This document shows positions 1-11,661 of a stretch of DNA of 64,000 nt, piece by piece. A program made the translations under genes and the position numbers. The notes under the pieces were generated by a model, which was given only the letters and a program-made list of their open reading frames with translations, was not told the origin of the DNA and made no database searches. Positions within the stretch are counted from its first letter, which is position 1. The number at the start of each line of letters is the position of its first letter. Source of the stretch: Candidatus Binatia bacterium (lineage in GTDB: Bacteria > Desulfobacterota > Binatia > Bin18); assembly GCA_963664395.2 (NCBI GenBank), contig OY761159.2, positions 4,224,001-4,288,000 on the forward strand. The letters are read 5' to 3'.

Positions 1-2
1 CC

Positions 3-2663
3 TTTCTTGAGCAAGAACTGGAAAGGCTCTTCCTCGCAGAAGTGGAGCTTGGGTCAAGTACGCTCTCCTTTCGGCAGGGGGTGGGGGTCCAATTCAAGAC
101 GGTTCGTATGCAAGCGTATGACGCCGGCGATCCCTTTGTGACCGCTGAACGCATTGATCTGGTGCTTGATCTCAGAGCGCTTTTACGTGGACAACTGCTC
201 TTTCGTCGGCTCGTTTTCTTGAAGCCGAGCGTCCGGTTCGCACAACCGGATGCCGAACCGACCGCTCCGGTTGCGCGCCTCTTCTCTCGCCGGGCGAAGC
301 CGCCTGCCCAAAAAACTGAGACGGAAACTGAAACGGAAGCCACAGCTGATGCCGACAGATGGTTTTCGCCTCAATTGCTGGTCCAGCAGCTTGTCCTGGA
401 TGATGCCACGCTTGTCTTTCAACAAACAGAGACCGCGGCTCCGGTCGTTTTAACCCACGCCCATCTGCGCATTGTTTTAGAGCCGGGCGGCGGTATGTGG
501 GGGCAGTTGACGACGGATTTGGGGCAGAACGGAGAGGTTGGGCAGTTGGTGCTTCGGTCTCGTGCCGCCCAGTGGGAGCCGACAGGGGATACGTCTGGGA
601 TAGAATGGCAGGGTCATATTGACCTTCAGAATATTGCCCTGCGGGAGTTGGGCGAGTGGTTCGGGGCGGATTGGCCGTCGGCGCACGTAGACTTTTCTGG
701 AAGTTACAGCGGAAAAGCAAATGCGAGGACGAATGTCTCTGGCCTAGTGAGTGTGCGAGCGGCGCGTCTTTCACATGTCACAGTGAACAGCGGAAGAATC
801 GGTCTGACGGACTTGCACTGGGATAATCCGGGGTATGCTTCCTCATGGTTCGTGGCGGCGCCGCTCGCTGGGCTCCTTGAAAGTCTGACTGAAAGTCCGG
901 AATCACTCACGTTCAACGGGACGATTGAAGAGGTGGATGGCCGGATTGGGAAGAATAGCGCCCCAGTTCGTTTGACCTCGGGCCAGCTCCATGTGGAGGA
1001 TGGTCACCTGCGTGCTTCAAAAATGAAGGGCTCGTACGGGCGATCCTCAGCGCTGACGGATCTGGGGGCTGACTTGCAGCCGCTCTTCTCAAAAAAGCCA
1101 CCAACGCTCAAGGTCAAACTTGCCGCACGGATTAACCTCGCAGATGATTTAGACTCTCTGCTCTCGTTTATGCCAGGCGAAGAACGAGAGGCGTTCGGGC
1201 AAGCAGTGCAGCAGCCGTCAGGACAGGCTGACATTCAGCTCAGCGCGCAGATTCCCACCGGAAAGAAAGGAGATATCTCGTACTCGGGTACCGCGGAATG
1301 GCGTTCAGTCGGTGTGGTACTCCCCGAGTGGGGTCTCAGCGTGTCTGATGTGAACGGAGTCGTTCACCTCACGCCGGAAGAGGCCACACTGCGGGATATC
1401 CGTTTTCGTATCGGGACCTCTGTCGGGTTGCTTGAGGGGGCGATTGAGCAGCCCCTGTCCTCCGCGCGGCGGGGACGGATTGCCCTCTCCATTCCACAGG
1501 CCACGGTCCGGGACTTTGTTCATCTGCTCGATGCTGCTGGGGTGCAACACGGACAGCTCAGTGGCAGAGTGGACGCCCGGTTTGGTCCGGAACGGCACAG
1601 CCTGGAAACTGAGGGGAGTATGGTCCTGAGCCAGGCCCGGGTGGACGTTCTGTCGTTTTTGGAACCGCTTGATATCGCGCGCGGCCAATTCTCTTGGCGT
1701 GGGCAGCAGGGGCGATTTGTTATCGAACAAGGCAGCTGGCCCGGCGGCAGGGTGGTCGGCTCGGGTGAGATTCGGAGCTTTGAGCCCCTGGATATGCAGG
1801 TCAGCGTAGAGTGTGCTGAGCTGGATTTCGGCTCAATGTTGATCCTTGACCCCGTCCAACCGGAACAGAAAGAGCAGGAAGAGCAGGAAGAACAGAACGC
1901 AGTGCGGGTCGATGTCCGCTGCGACCGTGTGCAGTACAAGACGTTTGAGGCGACGCAGGTTCGGGCTTCCGCCTACCGGCATGATCGTCAGGTCGATTTC
2001 AGCCTGGAAGAAGCCGGCGTCTCAGCCGGCCATCTCCGGGGAAAAGGGACGTTGTGGCTTGACTCGGCTGCCCTCTCAGTCGCACCGCAGGTGAGTCAGG
2101 TCGATGCCTCAGATTTTTTTGCCGCTCTCAGCCATCCAACCGATATCATTTCGGGTACCTTAGATGCTACCGGCGACATTGAGATTGCCAATTGGGAGTA
2201 CTGGGACGACCCGGAGGAGTGGGATGGTGAGTTGACGCTCTCAGTGCAGAATGGGGTCGCTCAGCAGCTCCCGGTTCTCGTTCGGCTCTGGACTGCCGTC
2301 AGCCTGCAAAGCATCTTTCGTTTTTCTTTGCCACAGTTCCCTCGTGAGGGACTTCCCTTTTCTGCTTTGAGCGGAGATATGGTCGTGGCACACGGAGAGC
2401 TCACCACCGAGAATCTGTCTCTTGTCGGAGAGGCCGTTCGCCTGGACGCCCGAGGGCGGGTCAACTTACGGCAGCAGACGGTTGATCTTACGACCGATGT
2501 TATTCCGCTGCGCGGTCTTACCAGTGTTGTTGAAAAGGTCCCGTTGGCCGGCAAACTGCTCGCCCAGAGTGCCGACCGCCTCACCACGCTGCCCTTTCAG
2601 GTCTACGGTCCGTACCACGATCCCCAAGTCAGGCTCCGGCTACTCAAAAAAGTCGTTCCTTAA
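3..2663 (+). CDS. AsmA-like/YhdP-type envelope protein, 5'-truncated by the window edge
   Basis: Frame open from the window start; beta-rich repeats and an AsmA_2-like C-terminus (GLPFSALSGDMVVAHGELTTENLSLVG...IPLRGLTSVVEKVPLAG...F.V.G...P.V). Confidence 0.8.
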   Translation, partial: FLEQELERLFLAEVELGSSTLSFRQGVGVQFKTVRMQAYDAGDPFVTAERIDLVLDLRALLRGQLLFRRLVFLKPSVRFAQPDAEPTAPVARLFSRRAKPPAQKTETETETEATADADRWFSPQLLVQQLVLDDATLVFQQTETAAPVVLTHAHLRIVLEPGGGMWGQLTTDLGQNGEVGQLVLRSRAAQWEPTGDTSGIEWQGHIDLQNIALRELGEWFGADWPSAHVDFSGSYSGKANARTNVSGLVSVRAARLSHVTVNSGRIGLTDLHWDNPGYASSWFVAAPLAGLLESLTESPESLTFNGTIEEVDGRIGKNSAPVRLTSGQLHVEDGHLRASKMKGSYGRSSALTDLGADLQPLFSKKPPTLKVKLAARINLADDLDSLLSFMPGEEREAFGQAVQQPSGQADIQLSAQIPTGKKGDISYSGTAEWRSVGVVLPEWGLSVSDVNGVVHLTPEEATLRDIRFRIGTSVGLLEGAIEQPLSSARRGRIALSIPQATVRDFVHLLDAAGVQHGQLSGRVDARFGPERHSLETEGSMVLSQARVDVLSFLEPLDIARGQFSWRGQQGRFVIEQGSWPGGRVVGSGEIRSFEPLDMQVSVECAELDFGSMLILDPVQPEQKEQEEQEEQNAVRVDVRCDRVQYKTFEATQVRASAYRHDRQVDFSLEEAGVSAGHLRGKGTLWLDSAALSVAPQVSQVDASDFFAALSHPTDIISGTLDATGDIEIANWEYWDDPEEWDGELTLSVQNGVAQQLPVLVRLWTAVSLQSIFRFSLPQFPREGLPFSALSGDMVVAHGELTTENLSLVGEAVRLDARGRVNLRQQTVDLTTDVIPLRGLTSVVEKVPLAGKLLAQSADRLTTLPFQVYGPYHDPQVRLRLLKKVVP

Positions 2664-2793
2664 AATGCAAAAGGGCGAGAAGGGCCGGGTGACTACGGCA
2701 TCGACGGATCGGCCTTGTTCATAGAGGAATAGGACGATGACTGCGTGTTGAGTCAGCCGGCCGGCGTGTCTTTCTGCAGGTGGAGAAGCGCAA

Positions 2794-5343
<2,550 letters not shown>

Positions 5344-5364
5344 AGCACGCACTGCCGGGACACT

Positions 5365-5757
5365 ATGCAACTCGAAGCGGCAGACTACGTCATTCTCATT
5401 GTTGATGATCTCGACCGCACCCTTGATTTTTATACAAAGGTTTTAGGGCTCAAACTAGGTCATCGTTCCGGAGACTACGCGCAACTGGACACCGGTGCGA
5501 CCCGGATTGGATTCTATACCCGACCAGCCATGGCAGCCGTGGTCGGTTTCGCCCTGGAACCCGCTCACCAGACTGCTCCTGGTTTTGAGCTTGGCTTCAA
5601 GGTAGCAAATGTTGATGCGGCGTATGCGGAAATACTGGCTGGCGGAGCGACGCCGGTCACCGCGCCCACGACCCGCCCATGGGGCCAGCGGACGGCCTAT
5701 GTGCGTGACCCGGATGGCCATTTGATTGAGCTGGCTCAGGACCCTCCGAAGTCCTGA
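5365..5757 (+). CDS. VOC/glyoxalase family protein
   Basis: V.DLDRTLDFY..VLG and PWGQRTAYVRDPDGHLIEL motifs. Confidence 0.9.
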   Translation: MQLEAADYVILIVDDLDRTLDFYTKVLGLKLGHRSGDYAQLDTGATRIGFYTRPAMAAVVGFALEPAHQTAPGFELGFKVANVDAAYAEILAGGATPVTAPTTRPWGQRTAYVRDPDGHLIELAQDPPKS

Positions 5758-5801
5758 GGCGTGCCGTGTATACACGCCAGCCAAGGGCAGGGCAACACCA
5801 G

Positions 5802-5826
5802 CCGCGGGACGCCTCGCGCCCCGCGG
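5802..5826. terminator. GC-rich hairpin between convergent VOC and degP genes
   Basis: ccgcgggacgc-ctc-gcgccccgcgg inverted repeat; no clear U-tract. Confidence 0.4.
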
Positions 5827-5835
5827 GCGGGTATT

Positions 5836-7347
5836 TTAGCCTTGTTTGCGTAACGCAAAGAACGACGTGAAATTCCCTCGACGGGCAAGGAGCAGGAGGG
5901 TCTCCGCGTCTTTTGCTTCTTTCACGGCTGTGGTGAAATCAGGCACCGATTTCACGGCTTGCCGGTTTACCTCTTCGATCACATCTCCGGGACGGATACC
6001 CGCAAGTTCGGCCGGGCTGCCAGGCTCAACCTCAGTGACAACGATGCCTTTTTGATCGTCCGGGAGACGGTAGCGTTGGAGATGTTCGTCTGAGATGTCG
6101 GCGACGGTCATGCCCCAGCTTGCCTCACTCTCTTCGCGACCACCTGCGCGGGCGATCTGGTCGGTTAATTCTCCAAGTGCGACGGAGATGGTTTGTTCTT
6201 TCCCTCCACGCAGAATGCGGACTTTCACCTCTTCTCCAACCGGGGTCCGCGCCACCATCGCCGGTAGATCATGTGATTTCAGAATTTGTTCGCCCTTAAA
6301 GTGGGTAATGATATCGCCCCGCTCAACGCCCGCTTTCTCTGCTGGCCCGCCCTCAGTGACCTCAGCCACCAAGGCGCCGATGGGTTCTTCCAGGTCAAAG
6401 GATTTCGCCAACTCGGCCGTGACCGTTTGAATAGCGACACCCAGCCACCCTCGGGTCACTTGGCCCGTGTCTTTGAGCTGCCTAATGATCGATTTCGCCA
6501 TATCGATGGGAATGGCAAAGCCGATACCAATATTGCCGCCCCCCTGACTGAAGATGGCCGAGTTAATACCCACGACCTCGCCCTGGAGGTTCAAGAGGGG
6601 GCCGCCAGAGTTGCCAGGGTTAATAGAGGCGTCCGTCTGGATAAAGTCGTCATACGGCCCTGCGCCGATAACGCGCCCTTTGGCGCTCACGATGCCCGCC
6701 GTCACTGTTTGTTCGAGTCCGAACGGATTGCCTATGGCCAGGACCCAATCGCCAATCTGTAAACTCGACGAACTGCCGAGCGGAACGCTCTGAAGAGGCT
6801 CTTTTGACTCGATTTTGATCAGGGCCAGGTCTGTTTTATTGTCGGTCCCAATAACCTTGGCCTCAAACTCCTCCTCATCTGAGAGACGGACCGTAATTTT
6901 GTCGGCCTCCCCAACAACGTGCTCATTGGTGACAATATAGCCATCTTGGCTGATGATGAAGCCGGAGCCTAAACTGCGCTGCCGGCGCGGGGGAGGGCGA
7001 TCACCAAAAAAGCGGCGGAAGAATTCTTCAAACGGGTCTTCCCCACCAAACGGATTCGGCCCCGGCAGCGGTCTCTGGCGACGCTGGGGCCGTCGGGTCG
7101 ATTTCTGGGTCGTTGAGATATTGACGACCGCCGGCATGGTGGTTTTCGCGATATTGGCAAAATTCGGAAGCTGGCTCACACTTGTGACAACCGGTGGTGG
7201 TGCTGCCTCTTTTTTCTGCTCTTCCTTTTTCTTCGAGCCAAATAAATCGAGGGCGTGCAGGGGGGGGCGGTCTGCCAGCAGCAATCCTGACAGGATGAGG
7301 GCTCCGACTGTGAAGACGCCGTGTCGTACCGATCCGCTCTTACGCAT
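5836..7347 (-). CDS. degP: DegP/DegQ (Do) family serine endoprotease with two PDZ domains
   Basis: Signal peptide, GSGFII, TNEHV, DLAL, QTDASINPGNSGGPL, RGWLGV; start chosen at MRKSG. Confidence 0.9.
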   Translation of the reverse strand: MRKSGSVRHGVFTVGALILSGLLLADRPPLHALDLFGSKKKEEQKKEAAPPPVVTSVSQLPNFANIAKTTMPAVVNISTTQKSTRRPQRRQRPLPGPNPFGGEDPFEEFFRRFFGDRPPPRRQRSLGSGFIISQDGYIVTNEHVVGEADKITVRLSDEEEFEAKVIGTDNKTDLALIKIESKEPLQSVPLGSSSSLQIGDWVLAIGNPFGLEQTVTAGIVSAKGRVIGAGPYDDFIQTDASINPGNSGGPLLNLQGEVVGINSAIFSQGGGNIGIGFAIPIDMAKSIIRQLKDTGQVTRGWLGVAIQTVTAELAKSFDLEEPIGALVAEVTEGGPAEKAGVERGDIITHFKGEQILKSHDLPAMVARTPVGEEVKVRILRGGKEQTISVALGELTDQIARAGGREESEASWGMTVADISDEHLQRYRLPDDQKGIVVTEVEPGSPAELAGIRPGDVIEEVNRQAVKSVPDFTTAVKEAKDAETLLLLARRGNFTSFFALRKQG

Positions 7348-7529
7348 GCATTCCTTCCCTTTCCGTCCAGACTCAGACATGTTCATAGGTAAAGACTTTA
7401 TCTTTTCCAATCAAGGCGAAACGGGCCAGGTAAAATAGAAAATAGGTGCTGCCGGACACCGGACTGTTCGTCCATGGGAGCGTCGAGCGCTCATCAGGGC
7501 TAAACGTTTTGAAGCCCGCGCCTCAGGGG

Positions 7530-8312
7530 TTAGGGTTGCGCTCCTTTAGTCATCTTTTCTCGAAGCTCAACCTGTTTCACGAAAGACGGGACGACAGGAG
7601 CGAATTCCGGCGAGAGGCGATGGCGGATATCCATGGCTGCGTCAGCAGCCAGCCTGCGCAAAGGGACAGACTCCTCAACCCGGGAGAATTCGTCGAGAAA
7701 AGTAAGGACATCCTCCGTCCCCACTTCTTTGAGGGCAAACAGGGCTGTCCCCTTTGTGGGCTCGTCAAGCTTGCGTCGAAGAAACTCCATAATGGGCGTG
7801 GCACCCCGCGGGTCACCAATTTTGCCTAATGCAACCAGGACCTTTTTTTTCACCCCGGCATGAACGTCGCGCAGAAACAGTTGCTGGGCCAGGGCTGGGG
7901 TGGCATCTGTCGCACGCATATTGCCAAGGTATTCAATGGCTTTGACTTTAACCCGAATATCGACATCCGCTGTCGCGTTGAGCAGAAAGTCAATCGTCTT
8001 GGGGTTTTTCATTTCTCCGAGAGACTTCACAGCGTCCATGCGCGTTTCCGGACGGTCATTGCCCAGGCGACGGATAATCTCTTCCAGTTCCGGTCCTTTT
8101 CCTCTTTGTTGCTTGTCCTGGCGCAGCCGCATCCGGCTATTACGAGTCAGGCTGTTTCCCAACCGCATACCCTGGCCCATAAATTGTGCCTCAGACACAC
8201 ACGGCCGGGTCCAGTCGAAAAGGCTGAGTGCCATGAATACCATGAATGCGGTGATGCCGAGCACCACACCCCGTCCCTGCCCGCAATAGCGTTTCATCGT
8301 TCCCGCACTCAT
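7530..8312 (-). CDS. Secreted or membrane-anchored HEAT-repeat (HEAT-PBS-like) protein
   Basis: Hydrophobic N-terminus ending SEA|Q; repeats like R.DAVKSLGEM, VKVKAIEYLGNM, VKKKVLVALGKIGDP; start uncertain (8297/8312/8327). Confidence 0.75.
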   Translation of the reverse strand: MSAGTMKRYCGQGRGVVLGITAFMVFMALSLFDWTRPCVSEAQFMGQGMRLGNSLTRNSRMRLRQDKQQRGKGPELEEIIRRLGNDRPETRMDAVKSLGEMKNPKTIDFLLNATADVDIRVKVKAIEYLGNMRATDATPALAQQLFLRDVHAGVKKKVLVALGKIGDPRGATPIMEFLRRKLDEPTKGTALFALKEVGTEDVLTFLDEFSRVEESVPLRRLAADAAMDIRHRLSPEFAPVVPSFVKQVELREKMTKGAQP

Positions 8313-8370
8313 AAACTCGCCACTCATAATCGACTGAGGATGCCCCACACGTAGGCTGGATGCAAGGGCG

Positions 8371-8916
8371 CTAGGTCGAGAATAAAGGATCTTGCTCTTC
8401 ACGCCGAAAGACCTGGACTTCTTCCGGGAAAAGGCCGCCTTCGGGAATATCCTTGAGCGGCGTTCCGTCCTTGAGCCGTCCTTCTATCACTTCGCGATAC
8501 GTACAGACCAAATACCGATGGCCGTCACGAGGTTTGGTTGGCAGCCGTGCCTTTTCGACCCGGGTGTCACCTTTGGCCTCTGGTCCGAGAATCCGTATCA
8601 CATAGCGTTTCTTCATGAGCCCTTTCAGCGCACGGATAACCGAGGCGCGGGACAGACCCGTCATCTCACAGATTTCGGCATAGCCGGCGGTGATCAGTGG
8701 AGTTCGCCGTAAACCGATGGAGTGCCGCCACAATGCCCGGTAGGTTTTCCACTCACGTGGGTCCATGAGCTTATTGAGCTCGTCTTCCAGCAAATAGTCG
8801 GGCAGGCGCGGGGAGGGTTGCCACGGAGGACGGCGTGTCAGGCGAATCTTAACATCAGCGCCCTCTCCCGTGGCCTGTTCGTCCGATAGAGTTGTGGACT
8901 CCTCTTTTTTCGCCAT
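8371..8916 (-). CDS. Winged helix-turn-helix protein resembling the N-terminal domain of phage replication initiators
   Basis: RLPDYLL...PREWKTYRALWRHSIG...GYAEICEMTGLSRASVIRALKGLMKKRYV. Confidence 0.65.
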   Translation of the reverse strand: MAKKEESTTLSDEQATGEGADVKIRLTRRPPWQPSPRLPDYLLEDELNKLMDPREWKTYRALWRHSIGLRRTPLITAGYAEICEMTGLSRASVIRALKGLMKKRYVIRILGPEAKGDTRVEKARLPTKPRDGHRYLVCTYREVIEGRLKDGTPLKDIPEGGLFPEEVQVFRREEQDPLFST

Positions 8917-8938
8917 AGTCGGGCCGCTCTGTTTTTCC

Positions 8939-8950
8939 TGTGTATAATAC
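8939..8950. promoter_or_regulatory. -10-like element in the divergent HTH / DUF711 intergenic region
   Basis: tgtgTATAATac on + strand; TATTAT on - strand. Confidence 0.4.
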
Positions 8951-9038
8951 TGATAAATGGCAACGGTGCAAATGGGCAGAACGCGGCTGCGATATTTCTG
9001 GAGCCGACTCCGCCCGGCATTAATATACGGGAGAACCC

Positions 9039-10199
9039 ATGAAGATTCGGTCTATTACCATAGGACTCGATCCCGGCTTTCCACTGAAGACCGCTCGGAT
9101 CAAGGCAGCCGGACGCTTTGCCAAAGAAGTAAAGCTCCTATGCGGGGAGGAGGGGTTCCAGGTGCAAACCCTCCGTTTGGCTACGCCCCCATTTCCTCAG
9201 TATCTGGCCGGACACTCCGCGGCGACGGTGCTTCGCTTTGCTCAAGAATTGGAAGCCTGCTGTCTCGCCAATGGGTTGGATTATTGCGCGCTCGGACCAG
9301 TAGACCTGAGCAGGCCCGCTGAGCAGCAGTTTGGTGACCTGTTGCCAGAGCTGATCGCTGAGACTGAAAGCGTGTTCGTCAGTGCGCGTCTCGGCAACGG
9401 CGCCCAGGTGCCAACTCGGCCGGTGACCCACGCGGTTGCCGGCATTATGAAGACGATCGCGGACACAACGCCGGATGGATTTGGCAACCTCCGGTTTGCC
9501 GCGGGGATACATATTCGGCCGCACACGCCTTTTTTTCCAGCGGCATTCCACACTGGAACGCCGACAGTCGCCCTTGCTCTTGAAGCAGCCGATGCGGTGG
9601 CATCCGTTGCTCAGTCCGATTGCAGTCCAGCCGAGTCTGTCGCCCGGATACGCCGGGCATTTGAACAACAGCTTGGTCCTCTTGAGCAGCGTATGAAACG
9701 CCTCGGACGACAGCCCTTTCGATTTGCCGGCTTTGATCTTTCGCCAGCGCCTGGGCCTGGGCCTGATGGCAGTATTGCCCAGGCGATTGAGAAAATCAGT
9801 GCTGTTCCCTTTGGCAGTCCGGGCACGCTTGCCGCCGCCGCTTTGGTCACCTCAGCACTCAAAGAGACGGCCCTCGATCACTGTGGCTATTGTGGACTCA
9901 TGTTGCCGGTGCTCGAAGACGCTGGCCTTGCTGAACGCAATAATCAAGGAAAAATCCGACTGTCCCAACTACTGACATATTCCGCGGTGTGCGGCACGGG
10001 GCTGGACACCATACCGCTCGCGGGCAATGTCTCACAGCAGCAGCTTATGGGGCTCGTCGCAGATGTCGGGGCTTTAGGCTGGAAATTGCAGAAACCGCTC
10101 TCCATTCGTCTCCTGCCAATCCCAGGGAAGCAGGTCGGTGAGATGACCACGTTCGATTTCCCCTATTTCGTGAATACGAAGGTCATGGCGGTGGACTAG
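9039..10199 (+). CDS. DUF711 family protein (PFL-like fold)
   Basis: MKIRSIT, VQTLRLAT, GFGNLRFAA, PFFPAAFH, DLSPAP, GYCGLMLPVLED, YSAVCGTGLDTIPL, KPLSIRLLPIPGK. Confidence 0.85.
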   Translation: MKIRSITIGLDPGFPLKTARIKAAGRFAKEVKLLCGEEGFQVQTLRLATPPFPQYLAGHSAATVLRFAQELEACCLANGLDYCALGPVDLSRPAEQQFGDLLPELIAETESVFVSARLGNGAQVPTRPVTHAVAGIMKTIADTTPDGFGNLRFAAGIHIRPHTPFFPAAFHTGTPTVALALEAADAVASVAQSDCSPAESVARIRRAFEQQLGPLEQRMKRLGRQPFRFAGFDLSPAPGPGPDGSIAQAIEKISAVPFGSPGTLAAAALVTSALKETALDHCGYCGLMLPVLEDAGLAERNNQGKIRLSQLLTYSAVCGTGLDTIPLAGNVSQQQLMGLVADVGALGWKLQKPLSIRLLPIPGKQVGEMTTFDFPYFVNTKVMAVD

Positions 10200-10231
10200 G
10201 GCAACCCGAGGAATCTGTGGAAGATAATATC

Positions 10232-10639
10232 ATGCTGCAAGAACAGGGACGGCAAAAGGGGCGGGCGACCTGGTTCCGACAGCTGCTCGCGTGGTCAGCC
10301 GTCGTCGGGTATTGCGGGCTCATCTACTATCTTTCCGATCAACCCCATCTGCGACAGGTGGTCCCTTCCTCTGATAAGTTGGTCCATGTGGCAGCGTATG
10401 TGGTGTTGGGTTGGCTCTGGACAGTGGCGCTCAGAGCAACGTGTTCGGGCTGTACGTCCCTGGTAGTTTTGCTTTCAGCCCTCATCTTTACCCTTGTCTA
10501 TGGGCTCGGTGATGAATGGCATCAGAGCGTCGTGCCGGGACGTTTGTCCAGCGCCGCCGACGTAGTCGCGGATGTGATAGGCGGAGGGCTCGGCGCGGGA
10601 GGTTTCTTCTTATGGGCGAGGAGAGGGGCAGACGCCTGA
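10232..10639 (+). CDS. VanZ family membrane protein
   Basis: DKLVHVAAY, YGLGDEWHQSVVPGR..S..D..AD motif. Confidence 0.85.
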   Translation: MLQEQGRQKGRATWFRQLLAWSAVVGYCGLIYYLSDQPHLRQVVPSSDKLVHVAAYVVLGWLWTVALRATCSGCTSLVVLLSALIFTLVYGLGDEWHQSVVPGRLSSAADVVADVIGGGLGAGGFFLWARRGADA

Positions 10640-10653
10640 CCCGTCCCGCCGCC

Positions 10654-11031
10654 TTATTGCTGCCAGGGGAGGGGCATGTGTTCATTGTCCGCGGTGCAGA
10701 CCCTGACCGGTGCCTGGCTGAGAGCGGCAACCATGAACAGGTCTTCTGTTCCAGTATTGACTATCTGGTGGATAGCATCGCGCGGCACCTGGAGGGTTGA
10801 GTTCGGACCGAAATCGGTATCTTCTCCCTCGACCGTCAGGCGTCCCGAGCCACGCAACACCACGATGGCTTCTTCACAATCATGACGGTGGACGGGCGTC
10901 CCGCTGCCGGGTGTGATGGTTTGCATCCACATTTCCAAGGTTTTCATCCCATGTTCCGGCCCGGCCAGGGTCTGGTGTTCCAAGCCAGGGATGGAAAATT
11001 TCTCTATCGCCTGGTTCTGTACGACTGGCAT
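10654..11031 (-). CDS. Cupin domain protein
   Basis: GTPVHRHDCEE and P....HQIVN cupin motifs; GGAGG RBS. Confidence 0.9.
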   Translation of the reverse strand: MPVVQNQAIEKFSIPGLEHQTLAGPEHGMKTLEMWMQTITPGSGTPVHRHDCEEAIVVLRGSGRLTVEGEDTDFGPNSTLQVPRDAIHQIVNTGTEDLFMVAALSQAPVRVCTADNEHMPLPWQQ

Positions 11032-11238
11032 ATGTCATTCCTCCTCCAATAAGGGGTTGATACACCAATACCATAGAAGCCAAGCGTATTCGAGTCGGTC
11101 CGCTGGTGACCGTGCCGTGCTTGAGCAGGTCGGCAGAGGAGATGCTAGCGAATGAACAAGCTCGACGTTATACGTTGAGTGTGTCACAATGCCGACAATC
11201 GAATACATACATCCGGTGGTGGATAGAGGGAGGTGTCA

Positions 11239-11643
11239 GTGAAGGGGCACGCCCGACAATTTATGGCGGCAAACGATGTGGTTGTCTCCCCTCAGACGAC
11301 CTTGGCCGAGGCTACGCGTCAACTCGCTCGGTTGGACATTACGGGTCTGCCAGTCACCGATGCGCACGGACGTGTTGTTGGCATCATCACCGAAAGCGAC
11401 ATGCTCAATTCATTTCTTGCCCAGCGCTCCAACGACGTGACTGTGGAAACACTGATGACGGAACATGTGATAACCGTCGACGAATTCACCCCCGCAGATC
11501 AGGTCCTCACAATCTTACGAGAAGAGAAAATCCATCACCTGCCTGTGGTTCGCCAAGGCATTGTCGTTGGTTTGATCACCCCGCAGAGTGTACTCCACTA
11601 CATTGTCGCGCATGAGTTCCCCTCGCCCCTAGACGTAGCATAG
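11239..11643 (+). CDS. Stand-alone CBS-pair (Bateman) protein
   Basis: ITGLPV...VVGIITESD and IHHLPVV...VVGLIT; GGAGG RBS before GTG 11239. Confidence 0.9.
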   Translation: MKGHARQFMAANDVVVSPQTTLAEATRQLARLDITGLPVTDAHGRVVGIITESDMLNSFLAQRSNDVTVETLMTEHVITVDEFTPADQVLTILREEKIHHLPVVRQGIVVGLITPQSVLHYIVAHEFPSPLDVA

Positions 11644-11661
11644 TTGATTTTTATCGCAGTG

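Noticed and set aside
8371-8916. Prophage or integrated plasmid around the initiator-like HTH gene
   Set aside because: No integrase, structural genes, att sites, iterons or compositional shift nearby
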